Of a DNA stretch of 62,157 nt, positions 52,563 through 60,930 are shown piece by piece. The notes beneath the pieces are model-generated. The model worked only from the letters and a program-made list of their open reading frames with translations. It was not told where the DNA came from and did no database searches. Each line of letters opens with the position of its first letter. The first letter of the stretch is position 1. Source of the stretch: a virus; IMG/VR virus record IMGVR_UViG_3300025294_000001; one strand, written 5' to 3'. A program made the translations under genes and the position numbers.

Positions 52563-53723
52563 ATTTAAATTATCTGCACAAGCTGTAAGGATTGAAGTTA
52601 TACCACCCTCACCATTTCCACTAAATTGTATTAGTCCTGTATTAGATAGGAATGCACCATATTTACCCCAATAATCAATATCTATTTCCCATTTAACTTT
52701 ACTAATAGCCTCAAATATTTCTTTATCTTCCCTGTGTAAATCATGTCTAGCATGATGAATAAACTTTGCTATACCCTTCAAAGCATAATTCTTCTCTAAG
52801 ACATATTTCCCCTTTGTATCTATATCAGGAGGTAAGTTATAGAACATTTCATTTAGAGTATCATTTGTCTTTGTTTTAAACTCTAAATAATTATCCTCAT
52901 TGATAAAGTTATAATCCTTCTTATACTCATACCAGTACAATAACTTTGTAATAGCATATACAGTAGTTAGAAGAATTGTATTAGGGTTATTTGATTTAAT
53001 AGACATCTTATTAAATTCAATACCGTAATGTTTTAAATATCTATTTGACTCAGCAAGTTCCCTAGCTAGACGACTGAAAATGTCAGTCTGTGCTAATCGG
53101 ATAGTAGCGTTTCTAGATGGTCGCTGTGCTAAGTTATTTAAATCATGGAATAACTGTTTTTCCTCTTCTTCAGTTAGGTTGTTAAAAATAACGATAGGTA
53201 TAACCATTTCTTTTAGATTCTCTAATAAGTCTCTATATTTGTTTCTAACAGCTTTATCTTTAACCTTGTTAATTCTACCCTGTAACTCTCTAATAGCCTC
53301 AGATATACCGTAAAAACGGTGCTGTCCATCATTTATAGATAGCTTTGAGTTTCTAGTGTCTATAGCTACCTTCTTTTGTGATTCATCATAGAAGATGTTT
53401 CCTCGTGCTGTAACTGTAATCCCTGAGAAAAATCTCATACTATAAGGATTCTCAACGCCTGATAAAACATACATTTTAATTTTTGAAACACGTCTAGGTA
53501 CTATATCCCTTTGAACGTCAGGGAATACTTGTAGGAAGTCCATTAAGTCTTTAAATTTCAAGACTGTTGTAAAGACTTCTCTTCCAAACTGTTTCCCCTT
53601 AATTCCGCTAATAGTTGCCATATGACTCAAAGAAAGATCATGTTCTCGTTTTGCTTTTAACATAGCCTCAACCTCGTGTCTTGATGGATTACTTAACATA
53701 TCTAGTTCTAACGCTTTCCCCAA
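52554..53723 (-). CDS. DGQHR-domain (DndB-like, ParB/Srx-fold) protein
   Basis: Motifs DVQRDI, INDGQHRF and QLFHDLNN in the order typical of DndB/DGQHR proteins. TTG start 7 nt after the SD AGAGGTG. Confidence 0.7.
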   Translation of the reverse strand: MGKALELDMLSNPSRHEVEAMLKAKREHDLSLSHMATISGIKGKQFGREVFTTVLKFKDLMDFLQVFPDVQRDIVPRRVSKIKMYVLSGVENPYSMRFFSGITVTARGNIFYDESQKKVAIDTRNSKLSINDGQHRFYGISEAIRELQGRINKVKDKAVRNKYRDLLENLKEMVIPIVIFNNLTEEEEKQLFHDLNNLAQRPSRNATIRLAQTDIFSRLARELAESNRYLKHYGIEFNKMSIKSNNPNTILLTTVYAITKLLYWYEYKKDYNFINEDNYLEFKTKTNDTLNEMFYNLPPDIDTKGKYVLEKNYALKGIAKFIHHARHDLHREDKEIFEAISKVKWEIDIDYWGKYGAFLSNTGLIQFSGNGEGGITSILTACADNLNKK

Positions 53724-53896
53724 TATATATACACCTCTTCTATATAGTTTGTTTCACCTCACTACTTCATTATAACTAATTCCTAATAAATTACATAGAA
53801 TATTATTGGTAAACTTACATATAATAGGAAGTGGTGTGATTTACGTCACACTAACTTTTTGGTATCTCTTCAAATAATAGGAAGTTAAAAAGACAC

Positions 53897-53933
53897 GAAA
53901 AAACCCACGAACCGTTGAGGAACGTGGGTTTTC
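53897..53933. terminator. bidirectional terminator-like hairpin upstream of the DGQHR cassette
   Basis: Stem CCCACG/CGTGGG flanked by A6 and T4. Confidence 0.5.
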
Positions 53934-54257
53934 TCTGTAAGGTCAAACAAACAAAATAACTATGTACGGTGTTTGTTCTATAAAAAACTAATTAAGTTAA
54001 GTTAGTTATTATGTTACACTAAGTTATACATAATGTAAAGAGGTGAATGTAATAATAACTAAGTAATTATCAAAATCTTTCGTTTTTCTTCATATAAACT
54101 AAAGTTTTATACAGCTAAACATTACCAAACTTCACAAATATTTCACTTGATTTTTTAGGGAAGTTGAGTGAATCTCATTGTAATTTAAGAAACAATACGG
54201 TAACATAGTGAGTATAACTGAGTATAACTTACATTAACTTAAAATAAGGCAAGTGGG

Positions 54258-54500
54258 GTGCTTATCGTGTCTAACACGAAAACAAAGAATTTAACTGTAA
54301 CATTAACTATGGAGGAACATGAGGACGTAGAATTTTTAGTAAACTATTTCCAAGAACAATCTATATCTAATGTAACTAAAAGTGACGTTATTAAATTTAT
54401 GATAAAACAGATGAGAAAAACAGTAGAGAATGATTTAGTTAAAGACGTTAATAAACTTATAAAAGATGCTGAAAAAGATAATGAAGAATCTAATAAATAA
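54258..54500 (+). CDS. ribbon-helix-helix-like protein (related to ORF 1309)
   Basis: GTG start after AAGTGGGG. KNLTVTLTMEEHEDVEFLVNYF fits an RHH pattern. The upstream DNA shares ATAACTTACATT with the region before ORF 1309. Confidence 0.45.
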   Translation: MLIVSNTKTKNLTVTLTMEEHEDVEFLVNYFQEQSISNVTKSDVIKFMIKQMRKTVENDLVKDVNKLIKDAEKDNEESNK

Positions 54501-54580
54501 TAAAATAATATCTATACAACTACATATTAGGACGAATAGAGTGTGATGCATATATCCACTCTATTTTTTATGCCTTTTTT

Positions 54581-54645
54581 ATTAGTACTAACATTAGTAT
54601 TAAATTTAGTATTGACATTAATATTAGTTATGGTATTATTAATCT
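54581..54645. repeat. palindromic-hexamer repeat block F (overlaps the parA promoter)
   Basis: ATTAGTACTAACATTAGTATTAAATTTAGTATTGACATTAATATTAGTTATGGTATTATTAATC. Confidence 0.7.
54612..54639 (+). promoter_or_regulatory. early host-type promoter of the parA operon
   Basis: TTGACA-16 nt-TATTAT, then TCTCGTAAGG. Embedded in a hexamer-repeat block. Confidence 0.6.
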
Positions 54646-54692
54646 CGTAAGGTTCATTGACAACAAAATAAAAACTAAAGGCGGTATTTAAA

Positions 54693-55499
54693 ATGACAGC
54701 AAAAGTTATCTGTATCAACAATAACAAAGGTGGCGTTCTAAAGACGACAACTACTACGAATTTGGCTGGGGTTTTAGCTAATCAAGGTAAGAAAGTTCTT
54801 ATTATCGACGCTGATAATCAGGCTAACGTTTCATTAGCTTTTGGTTTGATTCCTGAGGATTTCAAACTAACTATTTATGACGTTCTGACTGGTAGTGTTC
54901 CTGCTGAGGAATGTATAGTGGAAATTAAAGATCATAAAAACATTCATATTTTACCTTCTAATAGAGAACTGGTTTCTTTCGAGTTTAAAGTGATTGGCAA
55001 TAGAGACAAATTCCCTGAACCATTTTATTTAATGGTGGATACTTTAGACCGCTTAAAAGAACAATATGACTATATTCTAATTGATACACCACCGAGTTTA
55101 GGTGTAATGAATGGTAATGTTTTTACATACAGTGATTATGTTATAATTCCATTTGTACCTGAATTATTTTCAATGCGTTCACTGGTTGAGGTAGTTCGTA
55201 CTATTAGAGAATTTAAAGATGTTCATAATCCTGATTTAGAAATTTTAGGGGTTCTAAGAACTATGGTTGAATATCGCACCAATGTTCATAGCGACGTAAT
55301 TCAAGAAACAAATAGATACGCAAGTCAAAACGATGTGCATGTGTTTGATACGGTTATACCTAAGTCAGCACAATTTACAAAGTCAGTTCTATATAATCAA
55401 TTACCAGCAACGTTATTACCTGAAAAGAAACGTGACAAGGCTGATTTATATTATGAGTTATGGGCTGAAATTGAAGGGTATCTTGAAGGAGGTAATTAA
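54693..55499 (+). CDS. parA: ParA/Soj-family partition ATPase
   Basis: Deviant Walker A NNNKGGVLKTT, plus DADNQAN and LIDTPPS motifs. 268 aa. Confidence 0.85.
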   Translation: MTAKVICINNNKGGVLKTTTTTNLAGVLANQGKKVLIIDADNQANVSLAFGLIPEDFKLTIYDVLTGSVPAEECIVEIKDHKNIHILPSNRELVSFEFKVIGNRDKFPEPFYLMVDTLDRLKEQYDYILIDTPPSLGVMNGNVFTYSDYVIIPFVPELFSMRSLVEVVRTIREFKDVHNPDLEILGVLRTMVEYRTNVHSDVIQETNRYASQNDVHVFDTVIPKSAQFTKSVLYNQLPATLLPEKKRDKADLYYELWAEIEGYLEGGN

Positions 55500-55501
55500 T
55501 A

Positions 55502-55783
55502 ATGTCAACATTAGCTGGAGAAGGTCAAGGTAGAGGGCGTAAAAACCGCCCTAAGGTTACCTTTGACAATGTATCAGGTGAAACAGTTAAAACTAAAATT
55601 GATGAATTTTATGCACCTGTGGAAAAGATTGAGAAAAAACAAGTTTCTATATATTTAGATACTGACGTTATTTCTGCAATGGATAAATGGATTGATTCTT
55701 TACCTGAGAAGAAGAAGAAAGGGGCTAGAAGTGATTTAGTCAATAACTTCCTGAAACAAGTTTTCAACATTAGACAAGGTTAA
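55502..55783 (+). CDS. small centromere-binding-protein candidate (ParG-like, C-terminal RHH)
   Basis: 93 aa, directly after parA. Basic disordered N-terminus, then KKQVSIYLDTDVISAMDKWI...RSDLVNNFLKQVF (strand-helix-helix). Confidence 0.55.
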   Translation: MSTLAGEGQGRGRKNRPKVTFDNVSGETVKTKIDEFYAPVEKIEKKQVSIYLDTDVISAMDKWIDSLPEKKKKGARSDLVNNFLKQVFNIRQG

Positions 55784-55798
55784 TTCCTTGTCTTTTTT
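55773..55798 (+). terminator. rho-independent terminator
   Basis: Stem GACAAGG/CCTTGTC followed by T6. Confidence 0.7.
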
Positions 55799-55914
55799 GT
55801 TACCTTATATAGTAATGATTATTTTAAATGAAACAATTACCATATACTATATACGGTAAAGGTGTTATGATTCTAAGGCATTTATTTTCTCTTTAGAAGG
55901 GTAAGTATAAGTTT

Positions 55915-55989
55915 ATGATAAGAAGTGAAAAGATACTAGTTGTACTATTTATAGTGTGCTGGTCACTCGAACTCATTATGATTGATTAG
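55915..55989 (+). CDS. possible 24-aa hydrophobic peptide (speculative)
   Basis: MIRSEKILVVLFIVCWSLELIMID, with its stop inside a terminator hairpin. The SD is weak. Confidence 0.2.
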   Translation: MIRSEKILVVLFIVCWSLELIMID

Positions 55990-56021
55990 GAACGAGTTTT
56001 TATTTTGTTCCTACTTTTTTT
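55988..56021 (+). terminator. rho-independent terminator
   Basis: Stem AGGAAC/GTTCCT followed by T8. Confidence 0.6.
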
Positions 56022-56031
56022 AAATTAACCC

Positions 56032-56060
56032 TTGCAAAAGTGTTTCACTTTTGATAAGAT
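56032..56060 (+). promoter_or_regulatory. early host-type promoter
   Basis: TTGCAA-17 nt-TAAGAT. The spacer is nearly identical to the promoter at 561. Confidence 0.65.
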
Positions 56061-56102
56061 GATTACAGATAAGAAAAGCGACTAATTAAATTAAGTGAGG
56101 TA

Positions 56103-56744
56103 ATGGAAATGACGGAATTAAACAGCACAGAAGGAACGGTATATGGGTACGCTAGGGTTTCAACTTTACAACAGGATTTAACTTTACAAATTGAGGCACT
56201 ATTAAATTATGGTATCAAAGCTGAGAATATTTACAGCGATAAGAAAACAGGTAAAGATTTAGACCGTGACGAACTAAAGGAATTACTTTCTGTTGTTAAG
56301 AAGGGTGATTTAATTATAGTTAAAAAGCTAGACCGTTTAGGACGTTCGGTTTCACAGGTTACAAATTTGATTGAGGAACTAACTGAAAAGGGTATTTATA
56401 TTAAGTCCATTGACGACAATGTAGATACTTCTAATCAATCACCTATGTCAAAAGCTATGATGCAATTACTAGTTATGTTTGCGGAAATGGAAAGAGGGTT
56501 TATTGAAGAACGTACTAAACCAGCTATTCAAAACGCTAGGGAAAAGGGCGTAAAATTTGGTAGACCTGAAACAAATAAAACTGTATATGAAATGGCTGTA
56601 AAGGATTATTTAGATGGATTTATGACCTCTAAAGAAATCATTAAGAAATATGGTAAGGGTTCAAATGGTAAGGATATTATAACCGAGGCTACGTTATTTA
56701 GACGTATCAAAAAGGAAAGAGAAAAAAGGGGGATTAATAACTAA
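56103..56744 (+). CDS. small serine recombinase (resolvase/invertase type)
   Basis: YGYARVSTLQQDLTLQ catalytic-Ser motif, DRLGRS, and a C-terminal HTH. About 210 aa. Alternative start at ATG 56109. Confidence 0.85.
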   Translation: MEMTELNSTEGTVYGYARVSTLQQDLTLQIEALLNYGIKAENIYSDKKTGKDLDRDELKELLSVVKKGDLIIVKKLDRLGRSVSQVTNLIEELTEKGIYIKSIDDNVDTSNQSPMSKAMMQLLVMFAEMERGFIEERTKPAIQNAREKGVKFGRPETNKTVYEMAVKDYLDGFMTSKEIIKKYGKGSNGKDIITEATLFRRIKKEREKRGINN

Positions 56745-56968
56745 TGAAAGCTATTCCAGAACATATTATAGAGGCTATCAATGTGTTACGAAAGCATGAT
56801 TATACTAATAGGGCTATCCTATGTAACATTAATAATGAATACTTTTCTTTAGGTAATGAAGAGGTAAATGAGGCTTTTCGATTACTGAACATGTACTTTA
56901 TTACATGGGATGATAAAGGCTTTGATATGCTGGTTAAATACTTATATAAAATGGAGGGACAGAACTAA
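56744..56968 (+). CDS. hypothetical early protein
   Basis: 74-aa ORF, TAATG coupling. Confidence 0.5.
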   Translation: MKAIPEHIIEAINVLRKHDYTNRAILCNINNEYFSLGNEEVNEAFRLLNMYFITWDDKGFDMLVKYLYKMEGQN

Positions 56969-57348
56969 TGTTAGTACAAAAGGATTTCCACAAAGTTCAT
57001 TATGAGGCTATTGAAATTGAAAAGAGATTAGGAAAGACTATGCTTTCTAGTGGCAAAGGTTCTACCCAAAAAGTCTATATGTTCAAAAATGGTTACGGTG
57101 CGTCTGTTGTGAACGGTTTTATGTCATTCGGTCATGATGAACTGGCTGTACTGTATTTCCACAACCCTTATAAAATGTATCGTTCTAAAACTAAACGTCT
57201 TAAAAAGAAGATGTTAAAACAGGCTGGTGACTGGTCATTATCTTATAGCACACCTATTACAAGTGATGTAAAACGCTATTCTGATAAGATGGAATTAAAT
57301 CGTGATTTACAGCTTATTTCAAAGCTAAATAAAAATGGGCAAATTTAA
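56968..57348 (+). CDS. hypothetical early protein
   Basis: 126-aa ORF, TAATG coupling. Confidence 0.5.
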   Translation: MLVQKDFHKVHYEAIEIEKRLGKTMLSSGKGSTQKVYMFKNGYGASVVNGFMSFGHDELAVLYFHNPYKMYRSKTKRLKKKMLKQAGDWSLSYSTPITSDVKRYSDKMELNRDLQLISKLNKNGQI

Positions 57349-57388
57349 GATCATAAAATCAAAAACTAATTAAGTGAGGTTATTTGTT

Positions 57389-57736
57389 ATGAAAAATTAT
57401 ATTCGTGTAGTTCTTGTTGAGGCTGGAAATCCTCAAATTAAAATTATTGATAAATGGGAACATTCTTTAGATACTGTACAACAGTTTGTAGGTGGTTATA
57501 TTCAGCCTATTCGTGTAAATGAATCTATTACGATGTGGATGAATGAAGAAGGCAAAATGCAACAGCTAGAACCTAATTTCATATATGTTAATAAAGAAGG
57601 TACGCCACTTGATACTGTTGTAGGCAATGTTTTAATTGCTGGTACTAATGATGAAGGTGACGACGTTTCTTTATCTGATGAAGAGATAGAATTATTACAA
57701 GAAAGATTTATAAGTAGAACCATGTTTCAGTTGTAA
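57389..57736 (+). CDS. hypothetical early protein
   Basis: ATG 57389, in frame with track ORF 57374, behind the conserved leader AAAACTAATTAAGTGAGGT. Confidence 0.55.
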   Translation: MKNYIRVVLVEAGNPQIKIIDKWEHSLDTVQQFVGGYIQPIRVNESITMWMNEEGKMQQLEPNFIYVNKEGTPLDTVVGNVLIAGTNDEGDDVSLSDEEIELLQERFISRTMFQL

Positions 57737-57762
57737 TTTACATATAAATAGCTTAAAATATA

Positions 57763-57795
57763 AGAACAGGTGTTTGGTATTCCTGTTCTTTTTTC
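57763..57795 (+). terminator. rho-independent terminator
   Basis: 8-bp stem AGAACAGG/CCTGTTCT followed by a T-run. Confidence 0.7.
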
Positions 57796-57890
57796 TTGCT
57801 AAATTTTACCTCATGACGTAAGGTCGTCTGACATGTTATATTTTAGTAAGTGCCTATACATAGTTAATTATTAGGGGGTCAAACGTTAAA

Positions 57891-58139
57891 TTGAATAGCA
57901 TTATGGAAGAGTTCTTGAAATATCAGCATGTGGAACATGTGAAGAAAAAACCTATTAGTAAACTTGAATATGAAAAAGTACTATTGCTTGCAATTCAAAT
58001 TTCGTATCAATTATTAGAAGTTGGAAAAGATGTGTTGGGGAATACACTTGAAGACGAACATATTAAATACGTAAAGCATTTACAAATGTTAGCAACAACA
58101 GAATTATCACTATTACATCAAACGATGGAAGAGGAATAG
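57891..58139 (+). CDS. hypothetical early protein
   Basis: 82-aa ORF with a TTG start. Shares a motif with the next ORF (GKDVLGNTLEDEHI vs GKDIQGNPLSEEEI). Confidence 0.45.
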   Translation: MNSIMEEFLKYQHVEHVKKKPISKLEYEKVLLLAIQISYQLLEVGKDVLGNTLEDEHIKYVKHLQMLATTELSLLHQTMEEE

Positions 58140-58156
58140 TGTAAAGGTGGGTAATT

Positions 58157-58441
58157 ATGGGAATGCAATTTAAAGGTTCTGACGTTGACGGTAAATCATA
58201 TATAAACAACGAAAGAGAACAGTATAAGAAGCGTACAGGCTTCACAGACACACAGTACTATAAGATTGTAACACTATCATGTAAATTCTACATACAGGGG
58301 TATGAGACTGGCAAGGACATACAAGGGAATCCATTAAGTGAAGAAGAGATTTCTATTTGTAAGATGCTATATGACAAGATGCAAGGCGAAATTGCTTTAG
58401 CAAAAGAAAAACATATGTTAGATGAAGAAGAACAGTCCTAA
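58157..58441 (+). CDS. hypothetical early protein (paralog-like to 57891)
   Basis: 94-aa ORF with SD AAAGGTGGG. Confidence 0.5.
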   Translation: MGMQFKGSDVDGKSYINNEREQYKKRTGFTDTQYYKIVTLSCKFYIQGYETGKDIQGNPLSEEEISICKMLYDKMQGEIALAKEKHMLDEEEQS

Positions 58442-58471
58442 AGGCTGTTTTTTATTTTGTTAAAATAGTTG

Positions 58472-58501
58472 TTGACTTTACGATATACGGTAATATATAA
58501 T
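58472..58501 (+). promoter_or_regulatory. early host-type promoter with an embedded operator-like palindrome
   Basis: TTGACT, then a spacer containing TTACGATATACGGTAA (58478-58493), then TATAAT and TCTCGTAAGG. Confidence 0.65.
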
Positions 58502-58566
58502 CAATCTCGTAAGGTACACGAGTGGTAAGGCACTTGTGAAAAACTAATTTAAGCGAGGTAATTATT

Positions 58567-58833
58567 ATGCAATCAACTATTTTAACAATCAAAGACGGAC
58601 GTATCCAAAGAGTGGCGAAAGTTCAACAGCAAGTAAGAGGCAAGTTTAATCTTTTAAAAGGGTTAAAACGTACTTTCAAATATGGTTTTGACCAAGTATC
58701 TGAATACTTTGGTGTAACTCATGAAGATGATAGGAAATGGTTTTATGGCTTTTATGCTACATGCTTTGGTATCATGTTCTTAACGTTTCTTATTACTCAG
58801 GTTCTACCATATTTCTTAGGAGGTACTAACTAA
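58567..58833 (+). CDS. hypothetical early protein with a C-terminal TM segment
   Basis: 88-aa ORF behind the conserved leader. Confidence 0.55.
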   Translation: MQSTILTIKDGRIQRVAKVQQQVRGKFNLLKGLKRTFKYGFDQVSEYFGVTHEDDRKWFYGFYATCFGIMFLTFLITQVLPYFLGGTN

Positions 58834-58997
58834 TGAAGAAGATTAAACAGTATAAAGGCTTTGTTATCGCACAGGATAAAGAAGGATTACTACATATATT
58901 TACTAAAGATGAATGGTCATACGGTGCTGGCTGTCGCTATCCTGAACATGAGGCTGGAACAGTACAGGAAGCTATTGATTTTATAGACTCATATTAA
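58833..58997 (+). CDS. hypothetical small protein (54 aa, below the ORF-track cutoff)
   Basis: TAATG coupling to the upstream ORF. A terminator follows. Confidence 0.45.
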   Translation: MKKIKQYKGFVIAQDKEGLLHIFTKDEWSYGAGCRYPEHEAGTVQEAIDFIDSY

Positions 58998-59006
58998 GTT
59001 TTTCAA

Positions 59007-59035
59007 AAGATGATCTTAAATAGGTCATCTTTTTA
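59007..59035 (+). terminator. rho-independent terminator
   Basis: Stem AAGATGATC/GGTCATCTT followed by a T-run. Confidence 0.6.
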
Positions 59036-59045
59036 TTTACATATT

Positions 59046-59093
59046 TTAGTAGGTATTAATACTAGTACTAACTTTAGTGTTAAATTTAAATTT
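59046..59093. repeat. palindromic-hexamer repeat block G
   Basis: TTAGTAGGTATTAATACTAGTACTAACTTTAGTGTTAAATTTAAATTT, directly upstream of a -35 box. Confidence 0.7.
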
Positions 59094-59098
59094 ATGTA

Positions 59099-59127
59099 TT
59101 GACAATCAAAAGTGTATCAATTATGAT
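59099..59127 (+). promoter_or_regulatory. early host-type promoter
   Basis: TTGACA-17 nt (ATCAAAAGTGTATCAAT)-TATGAT, then TTTACGTAAGGTAA. Confidence 0.75.
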
Positions 59128-59172
59128 TGTTTACGTAAGGTAATAACAAATAAAACAAGTGAGGTTATTCAA

Positions 59173-59364
59173 ATGAAAAAACTATGGACAGTTGCAAAAA
59201 GCATTGTAAAGGGAACGGCTTGTGTTAGTGCTATCTATCTAGCATATGATAAGGCTTTGGTTTATTACATTTCTGCTGGGGTTATTAGTGACAATGGATA
59301 TGATTACAATTATTTACCTGAGTTCGTAGGTGCTTTAAAAACTACAATTTTATCATTCATTTAA
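59173..59364 (+). CDS. small membrane protein
   Basis: ATG 59173, in frame with track ORF 59077, whose 5' part covers the promoter. SD GTGAGGT. Confidence 0.55.
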   Translation: MKKLWTVAKSIVKGTACVSAIYLAYDKALVYYISAGVISDNGYDYNYLPEFVGALKTTILSFI

Positions 59365-59379
59365 TAGGGGGTTGTAATT

Positions 59380-59514
59380 ATGTTCCGTAAATTAAAGCTG
59401 GTAATTAGTTTGGCTGCTAAACCGTCAAAGGAAGAAAAGAAAGGGTATATGAAGTATCTAAAGTTTCTATTCTTCTTATATGGACTGGTGGCGATGTTCC
59501 AAATGTGTAATTAA
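59380..59514 (+). CDS. small membrane protein (44 aa, below the ORF-track cutoff)
   Basis: SD GGGGG. Hydrophobic C-terminus FLFFLYGLVAMF. Confidence 0.35.
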   Translation: MFRKLKLVISLAAKPSKEEKKGYMKYLKFLFFLYGLVAMFQMCN

Positions 59515-59527
59515 AAAAATTTAAGTG

Positions 59528-59556
59528 TTGACAATCAAAAGTCTTACAGTTATGAT
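59528..59556 (+). promoter_or_regulatory. early host-type promoter
   Basis: AAAAAATTTAAGTG-TTGACA-17 nt-TATGAT, then TAACGTAAGGTAA. Confidence 0.75.
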
Positions 59557-59608
59557 AGATAACGTAAGGTAATAACAAAACAAAAACTAACTAAGTGAGG
59601 TAATCAAA

Positions 59609-59926
59609 ATGACTGAAAAACAAAAAGCGTTATTAATTAAATTACAAGGTGTTATCAATGAACTATCTGTAGAGTGTGAAAAAGACGAGAGTTTCAATGA
59701 CCTACTGTGGGAACTAAATAGCGAACGTGAAGTATTTGGTTCTGATTTAGATGAAATCAATATTTTAACTTTCATTGAAGAGAAGGAACGCCCTTCTTTC
59801 GAATTTGAAGGACAAGAAATTACAAACCCATATTTAAGTGAGTGCTTACGCTTTGAAGTGAAAAACCCATGTGAGTACTATGGTATCAGTGAAGAGTTTC
59901 TAAAACAGTTCCCTAAAGAGGGCTAA
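59609..59926 (+). CDS. hypothetical acidic early protein
   Basis: 105-aa ORF behind the conserved leader ACTAACTAAGTGAGGTAAT. Confidence 0.6.
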   Translation: MTEKQKALLIKLQGVINELSVECEKDESFNDLLWELNSEREVFGSDLDEINILTFIEEKERPSFEFEGQEITNPYLSECLRFEVKNPCEYYGISEEFLKQFPKEG

Positions 59927-59938
59927 AAAATTTAAGTG

Positions 59939-59967
59939 TTGACAATCAAATGTGTAACACTTATGAT
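59939..59967 (+). promoter_or_regulatory. early host-type promoter
   Basis: AAAAAATTTAAGTG-TTGACA-17 nt-TATGAT, then AAATGTAAGGTTAA. Confidence 0.75.
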
Positions 59968-60023
59968 AGTAAATGTAAGGTTAATCAAAACAAATAAAAA
60001 ACTAATTAAGGTAGGTAATTGAA

Positions 60024-60812
60024 ATGACAAACACTATGAGATTGATTGGCGTAGGCGAGGTAGAAGGAACACCAGCAAGTGAATTAAAAGTAGGCGATAT
60101 TACACGCTGGAACTACGGCGGTATCGAAAGAATTACAAGTATTGAATTTTCTAAAACTGGAAAGACAATCATTGTAGAAATTGAATACATGGACTATGAC
60201 AATCAAGTAGTTACTTCAAAAAGACAGTTCCGTGCTACACGTTTGGTAAACATTATCGGACGTGGAAACACTAGACTAACTGGAAAGTATAACTTTAGAA
60301 GTGAAGAAGAAGAAAACTTAGTAGCAAAGTATATGAGTAATCCAGTATTTAAATATGATGAAGTAGAAGAAGAAGAAGCACCTGTATTAGTTGAAACGGT
60401 TGAGGTGGTTGAAGAAGTTCAAGAGGAAACTGTTGAAATTAAGAAGGCACATTTTGAGTCTAAACCTTCTAACATTAAAGAAGTTAAAATGCGTGAAATT
60501 TCTTCTTATGACTCTTATGCTGTTGCGGAAACTATAGAATTAAACATAGTTGAGTTTTATGATCTTTGTGATAGCCTTCTTTCGAGTAGGGAATATTTGG
60601 AAGGTAAAGGTGGTACATACTCAACAACAGAACCTGAGGGTTGTGAAGACGTGGACAACTTCTTTGACCTAACACCAGCCCAACAAAAGGAATGGAGAAA
60701 AGGGGCTTACCGTAATTGTGTGAAGGTTACATGTTCTAGTGCTACTTTTGATTTACTTATTGACCCACAGGGGTACAACTATGGGCGTTACGTTGCAATA
60801 GAATATAAATAA
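60024..60812 (+). CDS. hypothetical early protein with an acidic E/V linker
   Basis: 262-aa ORF behind the conserved leader. Confidence 0.6.
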   Translation: MTNTMRLIGVGEVEGTPASELKVGDITRWNYGGIERITSIEFSKTGKTIIVEIEYMDYDNQVVTSKRQFRATRLVNIIGRGNTRLTGKYNFRSEEEENLVAKYMSNPVFKYDEVEEEEAPVLVETVEVVEEVQEETVEIKKAHFESKPSNIKEVKMREISSYDSYAVAETIELNIVEFYDLCDSLLSSREYLEGKGGTYSTTEPEGCEDVDNFFDLTPAQQKEWRKGAYRNCVKVTCSSATFDLLIDPQGYNYGRYVAIEYK

Positions 60813-60930
60813 GGGGGGCGTTGCCCCTTTAATCCTTCATATAGTGATTAATGAAATCTAAAGTACCTGACATATGTGATTAATAGAAAACACGCTTATA
60901 ACAGCCTTTAAACAGCTATAATCACATATG

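Noticed and set aside
56103-56744. The serine recombinase as the phage integrase
   Set aside because: It is only about 210 aa, with a simple C-terminal HTH, which is the resolvase/invertase architecture. It lacks the large C-terminal domain of serine integrases. I found no attP-like site. A role in multimer resolution or inversion is more likely.
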